Shown: positions 10,016-19,320, numbered from the stretch's first letter. The stretch is 28,004 bases of DNA from Promethearchaeota archaeon (GCA_016926735.1 JAFGOA010000099.1:1-28004); one strand, 5' to 3'. Made by a program: numbers and translations. Notes: a model not told the origin generated them from the sequence alone.

Positions 10016-10481
10016 AGCTATTTTCTATGCTACTTTGGTGATAGACGGACAGTTTCACGATGAAAACGATACCACTATGGTACCTCAAAATTATAATTAT
10101 TCCAAGTTGCAAAAATAACTTTGAAAAATTATTTAACTCTCTTGAAAAATTCGACGAAAACCAAAAACCCTCTAGTTATCCTCTAGATTAAAGACTTAAA
10201 TTAAAGATATTATTTAGTATAATTATTGAATTATCTTGATTTCTTTTTATAGTTATATATTTAATTTGAAATTCAATAAATATATTTTAAAAATGCATTA
10301 TAATGAATTAATTAGATATAATTTCAATTTAAAAGAAGATATTTCGTATTATTAATAGAAATTCTTATTCAAAAAAGATAAAAAAGAGTTTTCAAAAAAA
10401 CTGAAAATTTTATGATTTAAAAGAATTTGATATGGGGTATTTATACTAAACTCTAAAAAAATGTAAAAATGGATGTAAAAG

Positions 10482-10634
10482 ATGGTTCAAGATAAGGAAA
10501 AAAATCAAACTAATCTATTGATCGATGTATTATATAAGAAAAATGTAAAATCAAGAAAGAAGAAGGGTCAGACGCAAAAAGAAGTTCTTACAACGGGACA
10601 AATTGAAAAATTAACATTAGAAAGAAAATTCTAA
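10482..10634 (+). pseudogene. Short 50-aa ORF, possible tyrosine recombinase fragment
   Basis: MVQDKEKNQTNLLIDVLYKKNVKSRKKKGQTQKEVLTTGQIEKLTLERKF*. The segment KEVLTTGQIEKL resembles the helix that opens the Xer/integrase catalytic domain; no catalytic residues are present. Confidence 0.25.
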
Positions 10635-10664
10635 AATTAAATTGGAATGGATTAAAAAGAATAT

Positions 10665-11609
10665 CTATTGAATAATTTGATAAATTAGATTTTCCATCTC
10701 AGGTTTAGCAGCTTCAATTTTATCTAAGATCTCAACAGTCTTTCCTAAATTTTTTTCATCTTCATCAATTATAATAAGTAAATAAAAATCCATATTCCCA
10801 AATGATAACACCTCAACCACACCAGAAAATCTATGACCATTATCAAATTTATCTGAAAATTCAAAAAATGAACGATCTTGTGCTATAATCTTTTTTTGAA
10901 CATCTATATATGCATCATAAATCTTCATTTTTTCTTGAATATGTAAATGACCTCTATAATATTCTCCTATTGTTATTCCTCTTACATCAAATAAAGCCAT
11001 AAGCATAGCATTATAGTTTTTACTAATTTCTTCAAATAATTGAGACACTAATTCCATTTTATTAAAAAGCAAAGAAAGACCACTTGAAAATGCGTCCATA
11101 ACGGATTTAATATCATATATACTTGTTTCAAAGAAAAATATATCAAAATCATTTGAGTATTTTGTTAGCGCTTGTTTAAGTGTAAGTGCTTTTTGGTTTA
11201 TATCCTTATCTTCTAATATTACAGGATCAAATTTATGAAATAATACTGCAATTGGGGGATCTTCTTTTACCTCTTTAAAAAATAATAATACTTGATCCAA
11301 ATAATCAATTGTCTCAATGTATCTATTAGGATCTTGAGCATCAACAACATAGAAAATAAGATCTGATCCTCCTAGATATTTTCCAGGATTTTTTAAATAT
11401 TGGTCTCGATATTGTTCTTGACCTCCAAAATCCATTCTTACAAATTCTAGACCTAAGAATCTGAACATATCTCTATCGATTCGTTTTGTAGGTAATAAAT
11501 TTTTTACCTCATCTTCAAAACCAAATCTCTTAGTGATAGCTGTTATGATAGACGTTTTTCCTGCATTATCTAATCCAAGAAATATTACTTTTCTCATTAT
11601 TCTTCCCAA
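10665..11609 (-). CDS. Rag/Gtr-like small GTPase with C-terminal roadblock/longin domain
   Basis: G1 GLDNAGKTS, G3 DFGGQ, G4 HKFD and G5 TSIYD (the last two are Rag-type), then ~130 aa starting LFEEISKNYNAMLMALFDVRGITIGEY (roadblock/longin-like). Confidence 0.85.
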   Translation of the reverse strand: MGRIMRKVIFLGLDNAGKTSIITAITKRFGFEDEVKNLLPTKRIDRDMFRFLGLEFVRMDFGGQEQYRDQYLKNPGKYLGGSDLIFYVVDAQDPNRYIETIDYLDQVLLFFKEVKEDPPIAVLFHKFDPVILEDKDINQKALTLKQALTKYSNDFDIFFFETSIYDIKSVMDAFSSGLSLLFNKMELVSQLFEEISKNYNAMLMALFDVRGITIGEYYRGHLHIQEKMKIYDAYIDVQKKIIAQDRSFFEFSDKFDNGHRFSGVVEVLSFGNMDFYLLIIIDEDEKNLGKTVEILDKIEAAKPEMENLIYQIIQ

Positions 11610-11877
11610 TCGCTTTTTAATAAATAATAAAAATCTATATAATAATTGATAAAATTCAAGAATTTATATTTAATCAATTCTTTGAAATAATAATTTATTC
11701 TTCATTTGTTCAAATTGAGAATAGATAATGAAGTAATCGTATAAAATGTGGAATAAATACGATTATTAGAAAAAAGAAAGAAAAGAATTTTAAGAATTTT
11801 CAGCAATCTTTATCTAGATCTATACTCCAAAGGAAGAGAAATCTAACTAATGCAATTATAGAATATAAAAATTTATT

Positions 11878-13098
11878 TTAATTCTTATTGCAAATAGAAA
11901 TATCTTTTATTAAATTAATTTCATTATCAATTAGATTCTTTATTCTTAATTTATTATACAAATTTATTAATTTTTTTGAATCAAATTCTTGATTTTGAGG
12001 ATTATATTTACAATAATCAATTGATTTTATTTTATTTGAGATCTTATTTAAATAACTTTCTATTTCATCAGAATTTAACCCTATTAATGGTGAAAATATA
12101 GGTATTTTTAAAAAAGTATTAGTTAAAGCATTTGAATTAAGATCCACATTATCATTACATAGAGAAATATTATTAAAATTCAATCCATCAGAAAAAGCCT
12201 TGATATCAATATTAAAGTCTTTTATGAGGTTAGAAATAATTTGAAATCGTACAAGACGACATAATCCACATAAATATTGTTTTTCTTCAAGATTCCTTTC
12301 AATATTATCCATTAAATTTTGAAGATTTACTGTTTTTAGTGTAAATTTAAAAAAGGGGACATATAAAAATACTTCTTTCCAATTTTGTAGCCATTGTTCA
12401 AAACAATCCTTATTCTTATTGAGGTTAAATAAAATAGGATATAATTCACAACCTCTTCTCATTAATAAAAAACCACCTAAAAGATCCTCAACCCTCCCAA
12501 TATCCATAGTAATTATTTTTTTATTATATTCTATTGGTAATCCTTCCCATTCAGATTCAATAATTTCTGTAAATATATAGGAAAATTCATCTCTTACCTC
12601 TATGAATATTTTCTTTTTTGGATTAGTAAGATCTACTGTTAAATTTAAATCTTTAAAATATTCAATAATATTTTTTCCTACTTCCCTACCTATATCATGA
12701 GATTTAAAATCATGTTTCCCTGCCCTTTTTACTCTTAAAGCAAAAGTATCTCCATATTCGAGAATCTTCTCTGAAAGGAATATTGTTTTTTCTGATATAT
12801 TTTTTAAATTACTTAAGGTTCTCAAAGTGGGACTAATGGAATATATACCAAAAATTCTCTTGAAAATCATAATGGATTTTGGGATATCTTTATTATCAAA
12901 AAAGAAAAGAATTCTTGTTGAATCTTTACTTAGTTGATATTTACTAAAAGATAAACCTTCTTTATTGAGTATAATTTTAATATTCTTAATTAGTGTTTTT
13001 ATCATTCTATATCTTACTTTAGGAGATTTTAACCAAATTTCTCCCGAATAACGCAACAAGATAATATTATAAAGGTCTATATGACTAGGTTTGATCAT
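11878..13098 (-). CDS. ThiI-like THUMP-domain protein with degenerate PP-loop
   Basis: ILLRYSGEIWLKS; THUMP segment TFALRVKRAGKHDFKS...VDLTNP..IFIEVR; then GLP, LMRRG and CGLCR. The expected SGGxDS is replaced by DIGRVED. Confidence 0.8.
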   Translation of the reverse strand: MIKPSHIDLYNIILLRYSGEIWLKSPKVRYRMIKTLIKNIKIILNKEGLSFSKYQLSKDSTRILFFFDNKDIPKSIMIFKRIFGIYSISPTLRTLSNLKNISEKTIFLSEKILEYGDTFALRVKRAGKHDFKSHDIGREVGKNIIEYFKDLNLTVDLTNPKKKIFIEVRDEFSYIFTEIIESEWEGLPIEYNKKIITMDIGRVEDLLGGFLLMRRGCELYPILFNLNKNKDCFEQWLQNWKEVFLYVPFFKFTLKTVNLQNLMDNIERNLEEKQYLCGLCRLVRFQIISNLIKDFNIDIKAFSDGLNFNNISLCNDNVDLNSNALTNTFLKIPIFSPLIGLNSDEIESYLNKISNKIKSIDYCKYNPQNQEFDSKKLINLYNKLRIKNLIDNEINLIKDISICNKN

Positions 13099-13114
13099 TT
13101 TATTTTAATTATAT

Positions 13115-14713
13115 TTAATATTTCATTCCATCTAATATGTTAAGATTATATTTACCAATAATCTTCTTTTCTTCTGTTTTTAGTTTGTTTTCAGTTATTG
13201 TTGTAAGACCATCTCTATAAATATCTATTTCAATAAAGCTTTTATCAAAATGATTTTGTTGAAGACTTCCACCATTTGATACCAGTGAATTTTCAACCTT
13301 TAAACCAAATGAGATACTTGGAGTACTATTTAATATTAAATTTATATCTGAATTAGCTAATTGAGATAATACATCTCCAGCATCTGTTAATTCCGTTCTC
13401 CATACACTTAAAGGTGTAGGAATCAAACTATGGAAACAAGCAACACCGCATATCTTATTATGACTTGTTCTTAAAACATTTTCAATAAGTAATCTTAACT
13501 TTTTTCTTCCTATATATCCTATATTTGAGTCTGTTGTGCTTGAATTAATCCCTTGAAAAAATAATTTCTTACTTTTAAATGAGGGATCTAGGGGACCTAT
13601 ATACTTTTGCCAATATTCCCAAGCAGGAGGATGTGAATCCGTAAAACCTGGTACTACAAGATATGGATGTTTTAATTTAGATAGTTTTTCTTTTGCAATC
13701 ATAAATTCAATTTCATAACTATTCTTTGATAAATTTCCATTATGAACAACCAGATCAACATCTGGAATATCATTAATGATGTTTATAATTTTATCAAAAT
13801 TTGTCTCTTTATCAGCATGTTTCTTAGATATCAAACTATTTGATAATTGTAGAATTTTACAATAAATTTCTTCATTTTTTTTAATTTCCCTTGGATAAAA
13901 ACGATTAATTTCTCTATTAATCTCTCTCATATGATACGATTCTTTAATAGGAAATATTCTAAATATAATCCTATTCCCATCGATATCAATTACACTATAA
14001 GTAAAAAGTTCCCTATACCTAGTTTTATTACATGAAAATGTTCCTGCATTGAAAAGAAAGAGATCTTTTTGTGGTGAGCTTATATTATAAAGATTAGAAA
14101 TATGTCTATGGCCATTCAAAACTAAATCGGATTCTGATTCAAGCAACATTTGAATCATATTTCCAGAATCGTCAATAGCTGATCTTTCCTTACCAGTTTT
14201 TGGAATTGGTATTGTTTGATGATGAAAACAGACAATTTTAAATTTATCTTGTTTATCTACTTCTTTTAATTTTAATTTTAGAGAATTAATAGTATTATGA
14301 TGGATAATTCCACTTGCTAGATCTGGTTTTGTACTATCTACAGCCAAAATATATAAATTATCATCCTCATAGGTGAAATGACGATCTCCTAGAATTTCCT
14401 CAAATAAAAGATAACCTACATTCTCAGCATCATGATTTCCAATAATATATTTAATGGGTGCTTTAGATATTGGGTCAAATTTCTTCATTTGAATTAATGC
14501 ATGTTCATAATCTAATAAAGTACCATTTTGAGTTATATCTCCTAAATGAAGGTATAGAGATACATTCTGAATTTTATTTATCATTTCCATACCTTTATTA
14601 AATGCGTGCAAATTAAACGATGAACCATGTCGACATATATGGGTATCTGAAATTAACACTAATCTTTTTTTTGAACTGAATTTTTTATTTGCTTTTATAA
14701 TACTTTCAGAAAT
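13115..14713 (-). CDS. Tandem calcineurin-like metallophosphoesterase (Icc/CpdA-like); second domain degenerate
   Basis: Domain 1 has SDTH, GDIT, GNHD, HH and GHRH. Domain 2 has SNS, NGN, PGFTD, FHS and NSTP at the equivalent positions. Start extended from the track's 14659 to ATT at 14713 (SD GGTGA upstream; in-frame TGA at 14720-14722). Confidence 0.85.
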   Translation of the reverse strand: MSESIIKANKKFSSKKRLVLISDTHICRHGSSFNLHAFNKGMEMINKIQNVSLYLHLGDITQNGTLLDYEHALIQMKKFDPISKAPIKYIIGNHDAENVGYLLFEEILGDRHFTYEDDNLYILAVDSTKPDLASGIIHHNTINSLKLKLKEVDKQDKFKIVCFHHQTIPIPKTGKERSAIDDSGNMIQMLLESESDLVLNGHRHISNLYNISSPQKDLFLFNAGTFSCNKTRYRELFTYSVIDIDGNRIIFRIFPIKESYHMREINREINRFYPREIKKNEEIYCKILQLSNSLISKKHADKETNFDKIINIINDIPDVDLVVHNGNLSKNSYEIEFMIAKEKLSKLKHPYLVVPGFTDSHPPAWEYWQKYIGPLDPSFKSKKLFFQGINSSTTDSNIGYIGRKKLRLLIENVLRTSHNKICGVACFHSLIPTPLSVWRTELTDAGDVLSQLANSDINLILNSTPSISFGLKVENSLVSNGGSLQQNHFDKSFIEIDIYRDGLTTITENKLKTEEKKIIGKYNLNILDGMKY

Positions 14714-14724
14714 TTTTTTTCACC

Positions 14725-15459
14725 TTATTCTTTTAATTTAGCAGGATTTCCATTGTATATTAAATCCTCTTTTAATAATGAATTATATTCTGTGTATGAG
14801 AAAGCTCCAAGTTTTGCTCTTTCTTCAATTATCGTTCCAGGTAATATAATGCATTTTGCGCCTACAAGTGCATTACTCTTAATAATGATTTTTTTGATTA
14901 TAAATCTATCTTGTTCTATACCAAAACTTAAAATGGTACTTCCCATCCCTATAATAACATTATCTTCTATGTTGATAAATTCAGATGATATCCAACAATT
15001 ATCACAAATTGTATGTTTTCCAATTTTTGCTCCAAAAAATCTCAACATAAATCTATTTTTTAACCAAGGAAATGGATGACTTGACATTATAAATAAAGGC
15101 CATTTTTTAATCAGATTTCTTATATTCCAATATTTATAGTCTTTATCATAAATATCCCTTTTAAATACTCCTTCTTTAGGAGAATACACTAATTTTATAA
15201 CTAATAAAAATAAACTTGAAAAAACTAAAGCTCCTAATTGGAGAATATAAATAGTTATAAAAATATTTAGAGGAAAAAATAAAAAAAATAACCAAATAGT
15301 ATCTTTTTTCCAAAAATATTGTATATAGCTATATTCAAAAAGAGAAACAGGAAGAAAACTAAGGAGGATTATTATAAAATAGAGAATCAAATATTTATTA
15401 CGAAATCTTTCATCAATAGGTGTTGGAGAATCTAGTTTTAGACTTGCTGGTTGGAACAT
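14725..15459 (-). CDS. Membrane-anchored left-handed beta-helix (hexapeptide repeat) acyltransferase-like protein
   Basis: Two N-terminal hydrophobic segments, PKEG motif, FFGAKIGK, hexapeptide repeats (IEDNVIIG, IKSNALVG, ILPGTIIEE), GNPAK ending. Confidence 0.8.
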   Translation of the reverse strand: MFQPASLKLDSPTPIDERFRNKYLILYFIIILLSFLPVSLFEYSYIQYFWKKDTIWLFFLFFPLNIFITIYILQLGALVFSSLFLLVIKLVYSPKEGVFKRDIYDKDYKYWNIRNLIKKWPLFIMSSHPFPWLKNRFMLRFFGAKIGKHTICDNCWISSEFINIEDNVIIGMGSTILSFGIEQDRFIIKKIIIKSNALVGAKCIILPGTIIEERAKLGAFSYTEYNSLLKEDLIYNGNPAKLKE

Positions 15460-15502
15460 TTTATCTTAATTTCTTGATTATATTTTATCTATAATTATTA
15501 TT

Positions 15503-16306
15503 TTAATTATTATTTACTTTATCCTTTGATTCCTTTATTGATTTTGGAACAAAGGATCTCATTACAGGTAATCCTGTATGGATTAATTTACTTTCTAATA
15601 TTTGGTTTATTTTTGTATAGCTATTTGCTCCTAAAATTGCCTCATCTTTTAAGACTGTACCTGGTAAAATCATAGAATGAGCACTAATAATACATTTACT
15701 ACCAATTTTCACTCTTTTAATGAACATAAAATCATGATAAATTAAGTGGGAGAATATACAGACATGAAGAGATGTCATAGTATCATTTCCGATTTCAATA
15801 AATTCAGGATCAATATATCCTTCATATATTACTACACTTTTTCCTACTTTTACCCCAAAAACACGATAAACAAAAATATCCGACCATGGTAAAGGAAGTG
15901 CTCTTGCTAACCAAATTGGTAAAAATATTGTCCAATATCTCCTATGTAGATATTTCCATTCTTTACTATCTTTTTTAAAAAATCCTTCTTTTGGTGGCCC
16001 AAACAAAATTAGTATTGAATATATAATTTTTGAAATTCCTAAGGTAATAACAAAGAATAAAAAAATATTTCCAAAAATATTTAATGGAAGTAATAACCAA
16101 TACCACCATTCACTACTAAACGATAAATCAATAAATTTATCACCTGTAATTGAATAATATAGAGAATTAATATACCATAGATTTAAAAAAATAATTATCA
16201 GACTTGAAATACAAAATTCAACAAATATAATTAAAGTAAATGGTGTTCTATAGACTCCAGAAGAAGAAACATAGTCTAAATTTGGAATAAGATTATTTTC
16301 ATTCAT
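15503..16306 (-). CDS. Membrane-anchored LbH acyltransferase-like protein, paralogue of 14725-15459
   Basis: Two TM segments, PPKEG, FGVKVGK, IEIGNDT, IFSH, VKIGSKCII, ILPGTVL, GLP. Confidence 0.8.
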   Translation of the reverse strand: MNENNLIPNLDYVSSSGVYRTPFTLIIFVEFCISSLIIIFLNLWYINSLYYSITGDKFIDLSFSSEWWYWLLLPLNIFGNIFLFFVITLGISKIIYSILILFGPPKEGFFKKDSKEWKYLHRRYWTIFLPIWLARALPLPWSDIFVYRVFGVKVGKSVVIYEGYIDPEFIEIGNDTMTSLHVCIFSHLIYHDFMFIKRVKIGSKCIISAHSMILPGTVLKDEAILGANSYTKINQILESKLIHTGLPVMRSFVPKSIKESKDKVNNN

Positions 16307-16608
16307 TTTTCTTTTTAATAAATATTAGTATAAATTTATTGTATTGAAACAGATTTTGTGAGTTTTATTACATTAAAAACATATAAAATTCTAAATCTCA
16401 ATAGATCTTATCTTTTTTCCATATAAAATTAAAAGATTCGATCTAATAATCAATAAATATATATTAAATTATTTTCTTATTATTGTTTAAATATTTTTAA
16501 AACTTTTTAATTACATGAATTTAAATAATCCTAAAAAATAAAAGAAATAAGGCAAGAAAAATATATAAGAGTATAAGTATAGAAAATAAATCTTAATGTG
16601 AATGTAAT

Positions 16609-17457
16609 ATGAGTATTGATTGGGAAAAAGCAGAACAAAATCCTGATAAAAGTATAAAAGTTGATTCAAAAGCCCTTTTAGATTTAAGAGAAAAAATAAA
16701 TGATATTGAAACTCAATTAGCTGAAAATAAAAAGAATTTATCTGACACAAAAACGAATCTTGAATCTACTAAAAATAAATTAGCAGAATCAGAAAAATCC
16801 AATGAATCGATGAGTGCAGAATTAAATAAAAAAAATAAAGAGATTGGAGATCTTAATTCTCAAGTTGACGATTTAACACAACGTTTACAAAATAATGACA
16901 CTCAAGTAAAAGAATTAGGTGATAAATTAAATAAGTTTGCAGATTTATCAAAATCAACAGAAGTAAACCTAACAAGCTTGAATAATGAATTAGAAGAAAC
17001 TAAAAACGCTCTTTCTGCTAAAGATAGTGAAATCTCAACAAAAGATCAAGAATTAGGAAAGTTAACCTCAAAAATTGATGAATTATCTTCTGAAAATACA
17101 AATTTAAAATCCGAAAATGCTAATTTAAATTCAGAAATAGAAAATCTGAAAAATCAACTCAATGAAAAAGAAACAAATCTATCGGAATTATCTGGTCAAC
17201 TTGAAGAAAAATCGAAAACTCTTGAAGAAAAAAGAACTAAACTTGAAGAAGTTGAAGCAGAACTTAGTGAATATAAACCTCCTGAGATGGGTTCTGGAGG
17301 TTTTGTAAGTGAAGAACGAGTATCTTGTCCTATGTGCGGTGCCGTTGGGCAATATATAAAAACTGTTGAAGATAAAAGTAAAGTATTGAGTTATGTTGGG
17401 CACATTCCGATGTATGCTAAAAAGAATGTGTGCAAAAAATGTGGTTATGAATTTTAG
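16609..17457 (+). CDS. Long coiled-coil protein with C-terminal zinc ribbon
   Basis: About 200 aa of heptad-like L/E/K/N-rich sequence, then CPMC...CKKC at the C-terminus. Confidence 0.8.
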   Translation: MSIDWEKAEQNPDKSIKVDSKALLDLREKINDIETQLAENKKNLSDTKTNLESTKNKLAESEKSNESMSAELNKKNKEIGDLNSQVDDLTQRLQNNDTQVKELGDKLNKFADLSKSTEVNLTSLNNELEETKNALSAKDSEISTKDQELGKLTSKIDELSSENTNLKSENANLNSEIENLKNQLNEKETNLSELSGQLEEKSKTLEEKRTKLEEVEAELSEYKPPEMGSGGFVSEERVSCPMCGAVGQYIKTVEDKSKVLSYVGHIPMYAKKNVCKKCGYEF

Positions 17458-17584
17458 ATATATTTTTATTTTTTCTTTTTAGTTTTAATTATAATAGTCA
17501 TCTTTTAATTTAATTCTTGTAAATCTTTTTTTTTCAAGTTTCATCAAAGAATTTTTAAGATAAGAAAATGTACTTTCATTAAGA

Positions 17585-18157
17585 ATGATTAGATCCTTTA
17601 TTGCTTTTGATCTAGATAATAAGGAAATAACAAAAGAAATTTCTGATTTTTCACAAAAAATCCTAAAACATCAATCCAATCTCAAAATAGTTAAACCAGA
17701 AAATATACATCTTACAATAAAATTTTTAGGAGATATTGAAGAATCAATGGCACCAAAAATCTACAATATTTTAGAAAAAGAGATTAATAAAAAATATTTT
17801 TCAGATCAAACTTATATTTTTAAACTCAGAAATGTAGGAAATTTTAGAAATTATTCTATAATATGGATGAATTTAGATGGTGATATAAAACTAATCCAAG
17901 AAATTAAAAATATCATTGAAGAAGAGTTATTTCAAAAATTAAATATTGAAAAAGATCAAAGAAAAGATTTTAATCCACATATTACAATTGCTAGATTAAA
18001 TAAAAAGAAAATTAATTATAATACATTTAACATTTTCAAAAACGAGATAAAAAATTATAGTAAAAAGGAATTTGGAAAATTCCATCTCCAAAAAATTAAA
18101 TTAAAAAAATCACTTTTAACTCCTAAAGGACCAATATATAGTGATTTGATTTTTTAA
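17585..18157 (+). CDS. thpR: RNA 2',3'-cyclic phosphodiesterase / 2'-5' RNA ligase (2H family, LigT)
   Basis: RSFIAF, HLTIKFLG, PHITIAR and KS.LTPKGPIY motifs. Confidence 0.92.
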   Translation: MIRSFIAFDLDNKEITKEISDFSQKILKHQSNLKIVKPENIHLTIKFLGDIEESMAPKIYNILEKEINKKYFSDQTYIFKLRNVGNFRNYSIIWMNLDGDIKLIQEIKNIIEEELFQKLNIEKDQRKDFNPHITIARLNKKKINYNTFNIFKNEIKNYSKKEFGKFHLQKIKLKKSLLTPKGPIYSDLIF

Positions 18158-18853
18158 ATGAATGATAATTCTTTAAAAGCTATAATATGGGATCTTGATG
18201 GTACTCTTATTCATTTTAATATCGATTATATTCGAGCTCGTAAGATAACAATAGACACATTTGAGAATAATGGAATACCAAAAAGATTGTTATCAATGAA
18301 AGATAGTGTTCGAGAGAACACTAATAAAGTAAAAAATTATTTAGAAAACAAGAATTTAAAAATTTATAATTTAAACGAGATTATCGAAAAAATTGACAAC
18401 GAAATAAAAAGAATTGAATATGAGGCAGCAGTTAATAGTTTGAAAGTTAAAGATATTGATAAAGTGCTTGAGTTTGTAAAAAATAAAAAAATAAAACAAG
18501 TAATATTCACATATAAAACCTTCGAAAATGCAATAATTTGTTTAGAAAAAACAAATCTAAGTGATTATTTCGAATTAGTTATAGGAAGAGATAATATAGA
18601 AAATCCTAAACCTCATGAGGACCATTTGTTATTTATATGTAAAAAACTTAATCTTTCATCCAAAGAAATACTCATTATTGGAGATACTTCCAGTGATATC
18701 GAATGTGCTATAAAAATAGGAGCAAATTCGATTGCTATAAATGGTGATACTCCTGCAATCTATAAAACAGAGATAATGAAATATGCAAATTTTATAATAG
18801 ATCAAAAAAACATACCAGGCGATTTAATAGAAGCAATAAAGACATTTCTATAA
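18158..18853 (+). CDS. HAD-superfamily hydrolase (phosphoglycolate phosphatase-like)
   Basis: WDLDGTL, KP and IGDTSSD motifs; abuts the thpR stop. Confidence 0.88.
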   Translation: MNDNSLKAIIWDLDGTLIHFNIDYIRARKITIDTFENNGIPKRLLSMKDSVRENTNKVKNYLENKNLKIYNLNEIIEKIDNEIKRIEYEAAVNSLKVKDIDKVLEFVKNKKIKQVIFTYKTFENAIICLEKTNLSDYFELVIGRDNIENPKPHEDHLLFICKKLNLSSKEILIIGDTSSDIECAIKIGANSIAINGDTPAIYKTEIMKYANFIIDQKNIPGDLIEAIKTFL

Positions 18854-18935
18854 GTTTTTAAAAAGTTACTTTGTTTATGGTAATATTGATATATCTTATT
18901 TTTTTAATTTAATAATAAAAGAAAAAAAAAAATAA

Positions 18936-19211
18936 ATGTTAAAAATAAAATACAACCTTGATGTTCTAAAACCACATCATCCAAGTAGTGATATAGTGGC
19001 GCGATCTTTATTAGAAATAAAAGGAACTAGTTTTGTAAGAGTAAGTGTAGATGAATTAGATCAAAGGACTGCATCGTTACATATTGAAATAGAAGGAATA
19101 GACCTTGATCTTGATGTTATTTCTAAAACTTTAGAAGAATTAAATTGTGCTCTTCATTCAGTTGATGAAGTTGTTGCTGAAAAACTTGTAGATTCGGATG
19201 ATAGCATCTAA
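18936..19211 (+). CDS. DUF211 family protein
   Basis: LDVLKPH.P ... IEG..LD...I...LEE....HSVDEV pattern. Confidence 0.75.
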   Translation: MLKIKYNLDVLKPHHPSSDIVARSLLEIKGTSFVRVSVDELDQRTASLHIEIEGIDLDLDVISKTLEELNCALHSVDEVVAEKLVDSDDSI

Positions 19212-19320
19212 AAATTTTTTTTTATCATTCTTAGAATATTTCTACAAAGATTTAAAACTTTAGAGTAATAAAAAAAATATAAGTAAAAATTAATTTATTT
19301 TTTAGGAAAAAAAAATAGAA

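Noticed and set aside
10060-10191. 43-aa ORF MKTIPLWYLK...
   Set aside because: Short, with no SD or recognisable motif.
8990-10480. Near-repeat AAAATGG(G/A)TGTAAAA on both sides of vapBC
   Set aside because: Short, A-rich and with one mismatch; plausible by chance, so not called an att site or target duplication.
14753-17403. ORFs 14753-15079, 16511-16750 and 17188-17403
   Set aside because: Antisense to well-supported genes.
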